NCBI GenBank assembly: GCA_027492035.1
Contig: JAOZFT010000004.1
Coordinates: 128,001-192,000, forward strand
Length of the DNA stretch: 64,000 nucleotides
DNA from: Thermoproteota archaeon
Lineage (GTDB): Archaea; Korarchaeota; JAOZGF01; JAOZFZ01
Direction: 5' to 3'
Under the pieces are notes generated by a model. The model worked only from the letters and a program-made list of their open reading frames with translations. It was not told where the DNA came from and ran no database searches. Position numbers and translations under genes: made by a program. Shown here one piece after another: positions 48,184-56,897 of this stretch (its first letter is position 1; each line of letters starts with the position of its first letter).

Positions 48184-49121
48184 TCTTTTTTCATAAAGTT
48201 ATTAATTTGCTGAACAAGTTGACAGGCCTTACAAATGTCATGTGACGAAGGTTCGCCACATATTTCGCAAGTTTTAAGCTCTATTTTTCCTATGAACCTT
48301 TTTTTCATGAGTGAAAGAGTATTTAACATGTAATTGTAAAAGTTAATTTTTGCGCCAGGCATAAAATTTTCAACTGAATTTATAGTTTCTCTCATGAGAT
48401 TCCTCATTCCTTCCCAAGAATAGGGGCATTCACCAAAATACACGGGGATTTTCTTTAACAGGACATAAGCTGCTATTTCTTTTTCAGGAATGTTAGCGAG
48501 AGGTTTTATCCTTTTCACAAAGGATTTACTTATCTTTCTTTCAGGGTAGGATTTCAATATTGACTTTACATCACCTCTCACCACGTTCATAAAAAGGGTT
48601 TGTATATTATCATCTAAGTTGTGCCCCGTTGCTATTTTAGTTGCATTCAATTCACGTGCAGTGTTATTTAAAATTCTTCGCCTAAACACACCACAGAAGG
48701 TACAGGGACTTCTAGGCTCTTTGAGAGTATCCGGCCAAGAATTAACTACTTCATCCAAACTAAAACCGAAAAAATCTTTAAATGAAACTATGTGATAATT
48801 TACGCCGAGAAATTCGCAATTTCGAACAGCTAACTCTATGCTTTTCTCTCTGTACCCCCTTATTCCTTCATCCACAATCAACGCAAACAGTTCAAATTTT
48901 TCTTTTTGTCGCAGATTATTGAGAATATAAAGAGTCAACGTGCTGTCTTTCCCACCCGATAAAGCAACAGCTACCCTGTCATTTTTACTTATTAACCTTT
49001 GCTGAACAAAGGTTTTTCTTATTTTCTCCTGGAAGTAATTAAAGAAACATTCTTTACAAAGAACTTGACCCAAGTACCTTATACTTATGACCCCTCTCCC
49101 CCCGCATTTACTACATTCCAA
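48180..49121 (-). CDS. ttuA: tRNA 2-thiolation protein (TtuA/NcsA family)
   Basis: SGGKDS PP-loop; CTFCGVFRR; ATGHNLDD; CPY; terminal Zn fingers. Confidence 0.9.
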   Translation of the reverse strand: MECSKCGGRGVISIRYLGQVLCKECFFNYFQEKIRKTFVQQRLISKNDRVAVALSGGKDSTLTLYILNNLRQKEKFELFALIVDEGIRGYREKSIELAVRNCEFLGVNYHIVSFKDFFGFSLDEVVNSWPDTLKEPRSPCTFCGVFRRRILNNTARELNATKIATGHNLDDNIQTLFMNVVRGDVKSILKSYPERKISKSFVKRIKPLANIPEKEIAAYVLLKKIPVYFGECPYSWEGMRNLMRETINSVENFMPGAKINFYNYMLNTLSLMKKRFIGKIELKTCEICGEPSSHDICKACQLVQQINNFMKKE

Positions 49122-49129
49122 AGTCTTTC

Positions 49130-49339
49130 TTAACCTCCACTGATAACTTGCAAAATTTCGACTTCATCCCCATCAGTGACATATTCTTCTTCAGGGGTTA
49201 ATTCACCATGAACCAATACCAGAACAGTCTCTCGATCTATTCCTAAATCCTCAAGTATGTCCATAATTCTAATTTTACTCTTTTTAAATTGAACATTAAC
49301 TTCTTTTTCTCCTGGAACAAGTTTAACTTTAACTTTCAT
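49130..49339 (-). CDS. Ubiquitin-like sulfur carrier (ThiS/MoaD/SAMP, TtuB-like)
   Basis: 69 aa ending VISGG; directly upstream of ttuA. Confidence 0.9.
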   Translation of the reverse strand: MKVKVKLVPGEKEVNVQFKKSKIRIMDILEDLGIDRETVLVLVHGELTPEEEYVTDGDEVEILQVISGG

Positions 49340-49448
49340 AGCGTTTTCATCTCTATCTACACAAGAAAGGAAAAATAAGAATTATAAAGTTTAAGGAGGA
49401 GGTATATCATAAAAGGTTATAGGGGCTATAGGGGCTTGAGGTTATTCC

Positions 49449-49697
49449 GTGAAAGGTGAAATTAAGGAAATATTCAGTAAAGCGAAATGGGACCCATCCT
49501 TTAAAAACAGAGAAATTGAAATAGTAATAATTGATCGTTTAGTTAAAAATGGAAGGCGAATAATTAAATTTAGTGAAAAAATAAAGGTCAAGGATTCACT
49601 AATAATAGAAGAAAATGGCAATTGGATACCGTTCCATAGAATTTTAGAAATAAGGGACAAAAATACCGGTGAAGTGTTTTGGAGGAAAAAACTGTAA
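49449..49697 (+). CDS. DUF504 / MJ1316-like RNA-repair domain protein
   Basis: AKWDP...IIDR...WIPFHRILEI...FWRK. Confidence 0.8.
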   Translation: MKGEIKEIFSKAKWDPSFKNREIEIVIIDRLVKNGRRIIKFSEKIKVKDSLIIEENGNWIPFHRILEIRDKNTGEVFWRKKL

Positions 49698-50704
49698 TTT
49701 CTTTTAAAAATATTCCGCCAGTGCTTTCAGCAGAGAAAATAATAGACAAGGCATTCCGTAAAGCGTCTAGATCAGCAAAAGCAATCAATGTAAGAGGCTC
49801 TCCTTTAAGAAAAGCAGAAATTAGAGAAAAAAATAGAGTTACTGTTGCATGGCAAGTAATGGACAATGAACTCACCAAAATTGTAAATAATTTTCCAAGG
49901 CTATCAGAGTTACCTAGATTTTATTTTGACTTAGTGGATCTGTTAATAGGTATAAGGAAGTTGAAAAAATCTTTTGCAAGCTTAAATTGGGCTCGAAAAA
50001 CGATGAAGCGAATTGTTCTAGCTGAAATGAAGAAAATAAAAACAGTTAAATCCCCAGAAGAAGCCGGTAAAGTGCGTAGACATGTTTTCGGCAGAATAGC
50101 TTCCATAATGAATCAAATTGATGATAAATTGACCTTCCTTGAGGAAACAAGATTAAGAATAAAAGAAATACCTTCCGTAAAGGAAATGTTTACAGTAGTG
50201 GTAGCAGGTTACCCCAACGTCGGGAAGTCAACATTCGTTAGAAACATCTCTTCCGCTGAACCGAAAGTAGATGTGTACCCCTTCACTACAAAAGAGATAC
50301 ATGTAGGTCACACTTACCTTGAAGGAAAAGGCTCCATCCAAATAATTGATACTCCCGGCATTCTCGACAGACCAATTTCTAAAAGGAATAAAATAGAGAA
50401 ACAAGCCATACTTGCGTTGAAACATCTTGCCAATTCAATAATTTTCCTTTTAGATCCTTCTGAAACCTGTGGTTATAGCTTAAAGAACCAGTTACATTTA
50501 TTTCATGAAATCAAAAAATTATTCAAGGAGGTGCCTTTAGTACCAGTATTAAACAAAATAGACTTGAGCGAAAGAAGTAAAGTTGAGAGATTAGTGAAGG
50601 AATTAGATGCTTTAACAACAATCTCCGTACAAAGGAAAAGGGCAATAGAGACTTTCAAAGCTTGCATGTCAAATATTTTAGTTATAAAGAAGAACAGAAA
50701 GTAA
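49679..50704 (+). CDS. NOG1 family GTPase
   Basis: IIDKAFRKA, GYPNVGKS, YPFTTK, DTPGILDRP, NKID. Confidence 0.93.
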   Translation: MEEKTVISFKNIPPVLSAEKIIDKAFRKASRSAKAINVRGSPLRKAEIREKNRVTVAWQVMDNELTKIVNNFPRLSELPRFYFDLVDLLIGIRKLKKSFASLNWARKTMKRIVLAEMKKIKTVKSPEEAGKVRRHVFGRIASIMNQIDDKLTFLEETRLRIKEIPSVKEMFTVVVAGYPNVGKSTFVRNISSAEPKVDVYPFTTKEIHVGHTYLEGKGSIQIIDTPGILDRPISKRNKIEKQAILALKHLANSIIFLLDPSETCGYSLKNQLHLFHEIKKLFKEVPLVPVLNKIDLSERSKVERLVKELDALTTISVQRKRAIETFKACMSNILVIKKNRK

Positions 50705-50715
50705 AGAAGGTTTAT

Positions 50716-51324
50716 TTATGGTTTGGGTAAAGTCAACTGACTAATATTTTCAGTTTGAACCCTTATACCTTTTTGAGTTATTACCATGATATCTATATTG
50801 GCCCCTGTAATGGCATCCCTTTTCATGGAGGCAAACAAAGCCTTTTTTGCCAGGTTCACTCCTTCATCAATTGAAAACCCTTTTCTGTATTCCTTTTCCA
50901 TTACTCCTAGGGACACTTGGGTCCCTGAACCTACTGCAGCAAAGTTATCGAACATTGCAGAACCCACAGGGTCTAAACTGTATAATTGAGGACCTTTTGA
51001 ATCTACACCACCGACCAGAACTTGAACGTAGAAGGGATTAAGCCTCCTTGAAAAAAGGATTAAACTTAAGAGGTTTACAGCTCCTTTAACTGAAATCTCT
51101 CCCTTTTTTTCAGCGGCGTAAAGTTCTATATTGATTTTTAGATAATCAATTGCTTTTTTCATGTCTGCCATTAAACCTGCACAAGCAGCACCTATTTTGT
51201 CGGTTACTTTAAAAACTTTTTGTCCTCTCTCACTGACAATGTAAGCACCGTAACTTATTCTTTTGTCAGCAGCTAAAACCACAGAGTCTTGACAAATTAA
51301 GCCTACAGCAGTTGCTCCGAACAT
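50716..51324 (-). CDS. psmB: Proteasome beta-type subunit (Thr1 replaced by Ala; probably non-catalytic)
   Basis: MFGATAVGL, VVLAADKR, AGLMAD, LDPVGS, AVGSG, KRDAITG. Confidence 0.9.
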   Translation of the reverse strand: MFGATAVGLICQDSVVLAADKRISYGAYIVSERGQKVFKVTDKIGAACAGLMADMKKAIDYLKINIELYAAEKKGEISVKGAVNLLSLILFSRRLNPFYVQVLVGGVDSKGPQLYSLDPVGSAMFDNFAAVGSGTQVSLGVMEKEYRKGFSIDEGVNLAKKALFASMKRDAITGANIDIMVITQKGIRVQTENISQLTLPKP

Positions 51325-52221
51325 CTGCAGAAACCTCCATTAAAAATTTTTCTCACACGAATGTAGAGACAGATTTATATTTAAATTTCTCTTTTTCCTT
51401 TAAACTTTATAAAAGGGAGAAAAAGATACGTGTGAATGCGCTGAGGCTACCTTCCACTCAGTATTTAGCCCATCTTCATTTCTGGAAAACCTAAAGAGTG
51501 TTTGATTGCAGATAAACATGGGATAGACATTTGTTGTCATAAGGTGACCGTATTACTTGACTATATTTTCTTTCCCTGATTGTTCATGGGAAATGGAAAC
51601 CCTTTGTGTCACCATCTTTTGGAGTTGATTTAGATGCTTATGCATTTTTACAAATAGATTTTTATTTACCATTCAGCATTTTTGTCATGGGCATTATTAC
51701 TCAACTCTCTTAGAATATTTAACGTATTTGAGATTACCTTTTCCCTTCTCCCTTTACAAGATTGTACAACTAAATTGCACAATTATTGACATATTTGCGA
51801 TACTTACCGTGGACAACTTTTATCATTACTTTACTACATACACCTATACTCTTATTGGGGAAAAAGTATTACTGTGCAGTGAGCATAATATCAAAATATT
51901 TATAAATTGAAACTTTCGGGAAAAGTAGTTAGCAACTTAATAGCGGCGGTTGTATGGATTGCAGTCTGTGGAATGTCTTGGAAGTAGATGTTGGAGTTAG
52001 TAAAGGGCATGACGGATTTGGATACTCAGTAATGTTTCGCATCTTGTCCTTATTTAGGTTACTTAACAAGTGTGTACCTGGTTTGGGCTTTCAGCTCTCA
52101 CCCAAATTATTTGCAGCGACTTCAGATACCAGCCGGACGTTATGCTAACAAGAAATTAACAGAACACTTTTTCTGGTCTCTCTTTAAATCAAGTTTTTCT
52201 AAAGAAATAAAGGGGTTACTT

Positions 52222-53274
52222 ATGTTGGAAATAGATGGTTCATTTCTTGAAGGTGGAGGTCAGATATTAAGGACAGCGATAGCTCTTTCAGCTGTGTTGA
52301 ACAAAGATGTAAAGGTTGTGAATATAAGGTCGAAAAGAAAGAAACCTGGCCTTAAACCTCAGCATTTCGCTTCAGTAAACATGGTTGCTAAGTTAACTGG
52401 AGCAGAAGTTGAGGGGTTAAGAATAGGTTCCAAAGAAATAGTGTTTAAACCTAAGACAATAAAGGGCGGGAGTTTCATAATGGACATAGGCACAGCTGGC
52501 AGTGTTACTTTAGTTCTGCAAACTCTTCTTCCTTTCATAATTTATGCACCCACAAAACTTAATTTAGTCATAAGGGGAGGAACAAATGTGGCTTTCTCCC
52601 CTCAAGTAGATTACTTCATAAACGTGTTTACCCGTTGGGCCAAAAGTATAGGAGTGGAAATGGAGCTAGAGTTAGTTAAAAGAGGAACATACCCAAAGGG
52701 GGGAGGAGTGGTTAAAGTTTCTGTTAAACCATTAAAAACAATTCAGGGATTCTCTTTCCTGGAGAGAGGGGAAGTGAAAAAAATAAAAGGGATTTCTTGG
52801 TGTGAAAACTTACCGTTACACGTATGCAAGAGACAAAAAGAATCAGCTGAAAAATTACTTTACCAAGCCGGATATGAAGATGTAGAAATTGCAGTTCAAG
52901 CTGGAAAGATGAGTAGAAGCCCAGGAAGCGGGGTAGTGGTGTGGGCTGAAACAACAAACAAAGCCTTCATTGGGGCTGATTCCCTTGGAGAAAGAGGTAA
53001 ACCTGCAGAGAAAGTTGGTAGAGAAGCAGCTAATAAACTTTTGACAGAGTTAACATTGAAAGCACCCCTAGATAAACATATGGGAGACCAAGTTATTCCC
53101 TTTATGGGTTTAGCTCAAGGAACATCTCAAGTTAAAGTTACAGAGATAACTCGCCACACTAAAACAAATATTTTCGTTACAGAAAAAATTTTGAAAGTGA
53201 ATTTTGAGGTGGAAGATGATAAACCAGGGTTGATAAGGGTTAAGGGCATGGGTGCACAAAACAAATTTATTTAG
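52222..53274 (+). CDS. rtcA: RNA 3'-terminal phosphate cyclase
   Basis: MLEIDGSFLEGGGQILRT, KPGLKPQH, YPKGGG, DKHMGDQ; true start ATG 52222 rather than 52072. Confidence 0.95.
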   Translation: MLEIDGSFLEGGGQILRTAIALSAVLNKDVKVVNIRSKRKKPGLKPQHFASVNMVAKLTGAEVEGLRIGSKEIVFKPKTIKGGSFIMDIGTAGSVTLVLQTLLPFIIYAPTKLNLVIRGGTNVAFSPQVDYFINVFTRWAKSIGVEMELELVKRGTYPKGGGVVKVSVKPLKTIQGFSFLERGEVKKIKGISWCENLPLHVCKRQKESAEKLLYQAGYEDVEIAVQAGKMSRSPGSGVVVWAETTNKAFIGADSLGERGKPAEKVGREAANKLLTELTLKAPLDKHMGDQVIPFMGLAQGTSQVKVTEITRHTKTNIFVTEKILKVNFEVEDDKPGLIRVKGMGAQNKFI

Positions 53275-55460
53275 ATTTTTCTGCGCCCAATAAATACCAA
53301 CAAAGCTAGAATCAACACATCCAACCCTACTAAAGCTGCAATAACCAAATCTCTACTTTCTAGACCGAGTAGAGGAAATATGGTAAAAGTTGGTGGAACA
53401 AGAATTTTTACAGTTGCAGAATCCAAGACTAACCCCTGATTGCTTAATTGCGCATTTAATGCTTGATAACCTTCTTTTTCAGGAATAACGGAGAATAGGT
53501 AAGTCGCTTGTTCCCCTGGCTCTATTTCAATATCCCTTTGGTGAGGGTTAATTGAGAAATTAACTGATTCTAATGTCACAGTAAAAGAGGATTTAGTTTC
53601 ACCAGTATTTCTTACTGTTAAGTTAATTATGCCTGGGCTATTTAGTTTGAGGGTTTGGGGGGAATTTATTTTGACAAATTCAGCTTTCGCTTCATAAACT
53701 AAAATTTTTGCTTCTTTCCTGGTCTGTTGACCTAAATAACTAAGTACTATGGACAATTTTTTTTCACCTCCTCCTTTTGGTCTAATGTGGAAAGATAGAG
53801 CTGTTGCTTCATCAGGTTTCAAAGTTGCTTTTTTTTGGTTAGGGGTTATTTCAAAATCAGGTGATGACAATGAAACGTTAAACTCGGTTTCGATGCCTCC
53901 ATCGTTAGTTACTACCACGGTTACTTTTCCTTCTGAACCCAATGACATTTCGGAGGGTAGTTCTGAAATAGTGAAGTAGCCGTGAGCAGAAAGTACATCG
54001 ATCTCCACTGTTTGCGTTGTGGTTTTATCGCCATAAGTTAGGGTAAATTGCACCGTTTTATGTCCTTCTTTTAAAGGTGTTAACTTAAGGTAAATGGTTT
54101 TTTTGCCTTTAGGTGGGATAGAGTAGGTTTCGGTGCTTATAGAACTATTGAAATCTGCAGCTGAAACTTTTAGTAGAAAATTGCCGGATGTTTCACTTGG
54201 ATTTTCAATTTCAATGCCGATTTGGTAACTTTTCCCTTTAATCATTTCTTTGGGGTAATCTATGACGTTCAAGTTTCCTTGGAGAGAATATTCTACTTCC
54301 AAAGTGATTTGTAAGTAATTTACATAACTGTTACCTAATTCATCGTAATAACTAACCCTGATCTGTATCAAGTGGTAGCCTGTTTCAACAGCTTTTAAAT
54401 GAAATGCAACTGACTCTTTGTCTCCTGGATCTAAATTAACTATTTTTGCTATAGGGTAAGGTGCTTCAAAACCTGGTGCAGCAGTAATTTCTAAGTAGAG
54501 ATTTTTAGCAGTAGATTCTCCATCGTTGGTTAGAGTTACATAGAGATTAAAGTCTTCACCGTATTTCACAGTTGAAGGGAAACTATACCAAAGACTAATT
54601 GGCCCCGGCTTAAGCGATTTCACATTAACAGTAACTGTTTCTGTATCTATCAATCTCGAGTAGCTGTACAGCTTAAAGGTGATGGGTATACTGCCCGTCA
54701 CAGTGGGTGTGACGGAAAAACTAAGTGTTGTATCTGAGTATGGAGGTAAAGAAATTGTTTGGGAGGGAGTAGATGTCGTGAACCCGTTTCCTGAAAAATA
54801 CACTGTGAACACTTTTGAAAAATACATTAAATTCCTTACATTAACTTCAACTGTGTATCCTTTGTTAACCCACATTGGAGATGGAGCATTAATGATCGTT
54901 AATTCACCTTCTTCCAAGTAATAGTTATGATAATAAAATTGTAATTCTTGGTATCCTATTAAGTGAGAGCTTGAATCCTTTAAAGTGACATTCCAGAGAT
55001 AGTAACCTTCAGAGTCGTGGCTTCCAGGGATGAAGGGGCCTATTCTGTAGGAGCCTGAGTTTGGTAAACTAATTTCCGATATGAGGGAGTAGGTGGAGGG
55101 AGGGTAAGGGTAGTTTTCTAGTATAGAGAGATAAGTGTTTGAGTGGTTAGTGGCCACGAACAACCAAACTTCATCTCCTTCATAGAAGGAGGTAGTAATT
55201 TGTCCATAACTATTTTCTAACCAGCAAGTTAAGTTAGAGTTATAATGAAAAGGACTTACATAAATTACCTGAAGGTGAGGGGAATAAAACTTACTGTTAG
55301 CGTCGGGTCTCGTTGAAATACCGTAAGCTTGTGGAACAAAAAGGGAGGTGCCGGAAAAAAGGAAAACAAAAATTAAAGATGTAACGGCGGTTTTAATTGC
55401 AGAACGTTCCTTAAAATGTTTTTCGTCCATATTCCTCCCTCCCACGAAAAAAGCCTTCAT
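53271..55460 (-). CDS. Secreted/surface protein with tandem Ig-like (CARDB/COG1361-like) domains and C-terminal TM anchor
   Basis: Signal peptide (LIFVFLFSG...QAYG); about five repeats of V.V.N.G...F...L.P.E...F.V.P; C-terminal TM followed by GRRKI. Confidence 0.75.
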   Translation of the reverse strand: MKAFFVGGRNMDEKHFKERSAIKTAVTSLIFVFLFSGTSLFVPQAYGISTRPDANSKFYSPHLQVIYVSPFHYNSNLTCWLENSYGQITTSFYEGDEVWLFVATNHSNTYLSILENYPYPPSTYSLISEISLPNSGSYRIGPFIPGSHDSEGYYLWNVTLKDSSSHLIGYQELQFYYHNYYLEEGELTIINAPSPMWVNKGYTVEVNVRNLMYFSKVFTVYFSGNGFTTSTPSQTISLPPYSDTTLSFSVTPTVTGSIPITFKLYSYSRLIDTETVTVNVKSLKPGPISLWYSFPSTVKYGEDFNLYVTLTNDGESTAKNLYLEITAAPGFEAPYPIAKIVNLDPGDKESVAFHLKAVETGYHLIQIRVSYYDELGNSYVNYLQITLEVEYSLQGNLNVIDYPKEMIKGKSYQIGIEIENPSETSGNFLLKVSAADFNSSISTETYSIPPKGKKTIYLKLTPLKEGHKTVQFTLTYGDKTTTQTVEIDVLSAHGYFTISELPSEMSLGSEGKVTVVVTNDGGIETEFNVSLSSPDFEITPNQKKATLKPDEATALSFHIRPKGGGEKKLSIVLSYLGQQTRKEAKILVYEAKAEFVKINSPQTLKLNSPGIINLTVRNTGETKSSFTVTLESVNFSINPHQRDIEIEPGEQATYLFSVIPEKEGYQALNAQLSNQGLVLDSATVKILVPPTFTIFPLLGLESRDLVIAALVGLDVLILALLVFIGRRKI

Positions 55461-55607
55461 GAAAATTTTTCACTTACATTAGTTTTTTATTTTAAAGCCT
55501 CAGAAAGAATATTAAATTTAATTCTTTTCCCCGGGAAAAAAATAAATGTTTTTTTAAGTTAAAAAGTTTGAAATGCTTTTTTGTAGATAGTTTCTTTTTA
55601 ATTGTAG

Positions 55608-56897
55608 GTGTTGTTATTGAGCGTGAAGGATGCTTTTGTTTATGGAGAAGATTATGGCACATCAAAGTTTAAGTTTGGACCCGTTTTCCTCCATGAAAAA
55701 CCTGAAATGATAGATAATAGAGGATACTTCCCTTCACCTTCACAACTTTTACCTCATATGATGGAGGAAGAAGTAAAAGAAGTTGTTGTGGGAGAAGAGG
55801 TTCAGAAGTATCTGGAAACAATAGAAGATTTATCTACTAAGTTGATTTATCCAATGAGGAAGGGAGTAGTTAGAAAAGACGATAAAAAAGCTTGGAAAGT
55901 CATAAAAGAGATAACTAAATATGGATTGTTGAAGTTCTTCCCAAAAAGAATGAAAGAATTCAACGGATTCTATGTTGTCTCCTCGCTTGCCGCTCAATCA
56001 CCACGTTACATGTACGAAAGAATTTTTGAAGTGCATAAGGAAATAAATGAAGAAGAGAATGTACCCCTTGTAAATTCCATAACAATAATTCCTCAACCAT
56101 TGGCTGTAGCTATTTCACATAAGGCAGTTACTTGCACCGTAATAGAGAGTGGTCACGGGAACACCCAAATCACACCAGTTAGTAGAGGATTAATAAGAGG
56201 TGCAATAATAGCTTTGAACAGAGGCGGAAGCGATGCAAATGCAATTACTGCCCAAATCCTTAAAGATATTGGATATAGTGACTTAGCTAGGGAAGAAAAA
56301 TTTGTTACTTTATTTAAAGAGGAAGTAGGCTTACTTCCACTGGATTTGAATATGGCAATAGATAAAGCTAAAAGGAATCCTGAAAGATTTGGGGTTATTT
56401 TTAAAGTTCCAGGGACATCAATAGAGGTTGAACTGAAAGAGGATTCATGGCAGCGTTTCTTGATAGGGGAGTATATATTTAATCCTCAGCATGAAATTTT
56501 TGAATCATATTACCAAAGGGGGTTCACTAAGCCTAGGGATACTTATATAGCTGGTGAGGAAGTTATTCCTGGTTTAGCCTCTCTTTCTGAAGTAATAATA
56601 AAATCCGTTGAGAAATGCCCGACAGAGATTCAGCCTATGTTATACCGGGACATAATTCTTTCAGGTGGAAATTTCCTTTGGAGAGTGCCCCTAAGTATGG
56701 TAGATGTTGCCACGAATTCTCAAACCAAGATAAAGTTGATGTTAGAGGAAAAGGGAATTCCTGATGTAATAGTACGGGCTGCTGAAAATCCTCAATATAG
56801 TGTTTGGAGAGGGGCTATAGTTTATGGGTTATCCTTCCCAGAGGAGGTGGAGTGGAACTGGGAAAAAATGGAAGGCTGGCTTAAGTTAATAAACTAG
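55608..56897 (+). CDS. Crenactin (archaeal actin)
   Basis: YGEDYGTSKFKFGP (phosphate 1), YPMRKGVV, IPQPLAVA, IESGHGNTQITP (phosphate 2), IILSGGNF, PQYSVWRG; 429 aa. Confidence 0.92.
   Translation: MLLLSVKDAFVYGEDYGTSKFKFGPVFLHEKPEMIDNRGYFPSPSQLLPHMMEEEVKEVVVGEEVQKYLETIEDLSTKLIYPMRKGVVRKDDKKAWKVIKEITKYGLLKFFPKRMKEFNGFYVVSSLAAQSPRYMYERIFEVHKEINEEENVPLVNSITIIPQPLAVAISHKAVTCTVIESGHGNTQITPVSRGLIRGAIIALNRGGSDANAITAQILKDIGYSDLAREEKFVTLFKEEVGLLPLDLNMAIDKAKRNPERFGVIFKVPGTSIEVELKEDSWQRFLIGEYIFNPQHEIFESYYQRGFTKPRDTYIAGEEVIPGLASLSEVIIKSVEKCPTEIQPMLYRDIILSGGNFLWRVPLSMVDVATNSQTKIKLMLEEKGIPDVIVRAAENPQYSVWRGAIVYGLSFPEEVEWNWEKMEGWLKLIN

Noticed and set aside
52072-52221. 50-aa N-terminal extension of RtcA in the ORF track
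   Set aside because: The conserved RtcA N-terminus begins at ATG 52222 with its own AGGGG RBS
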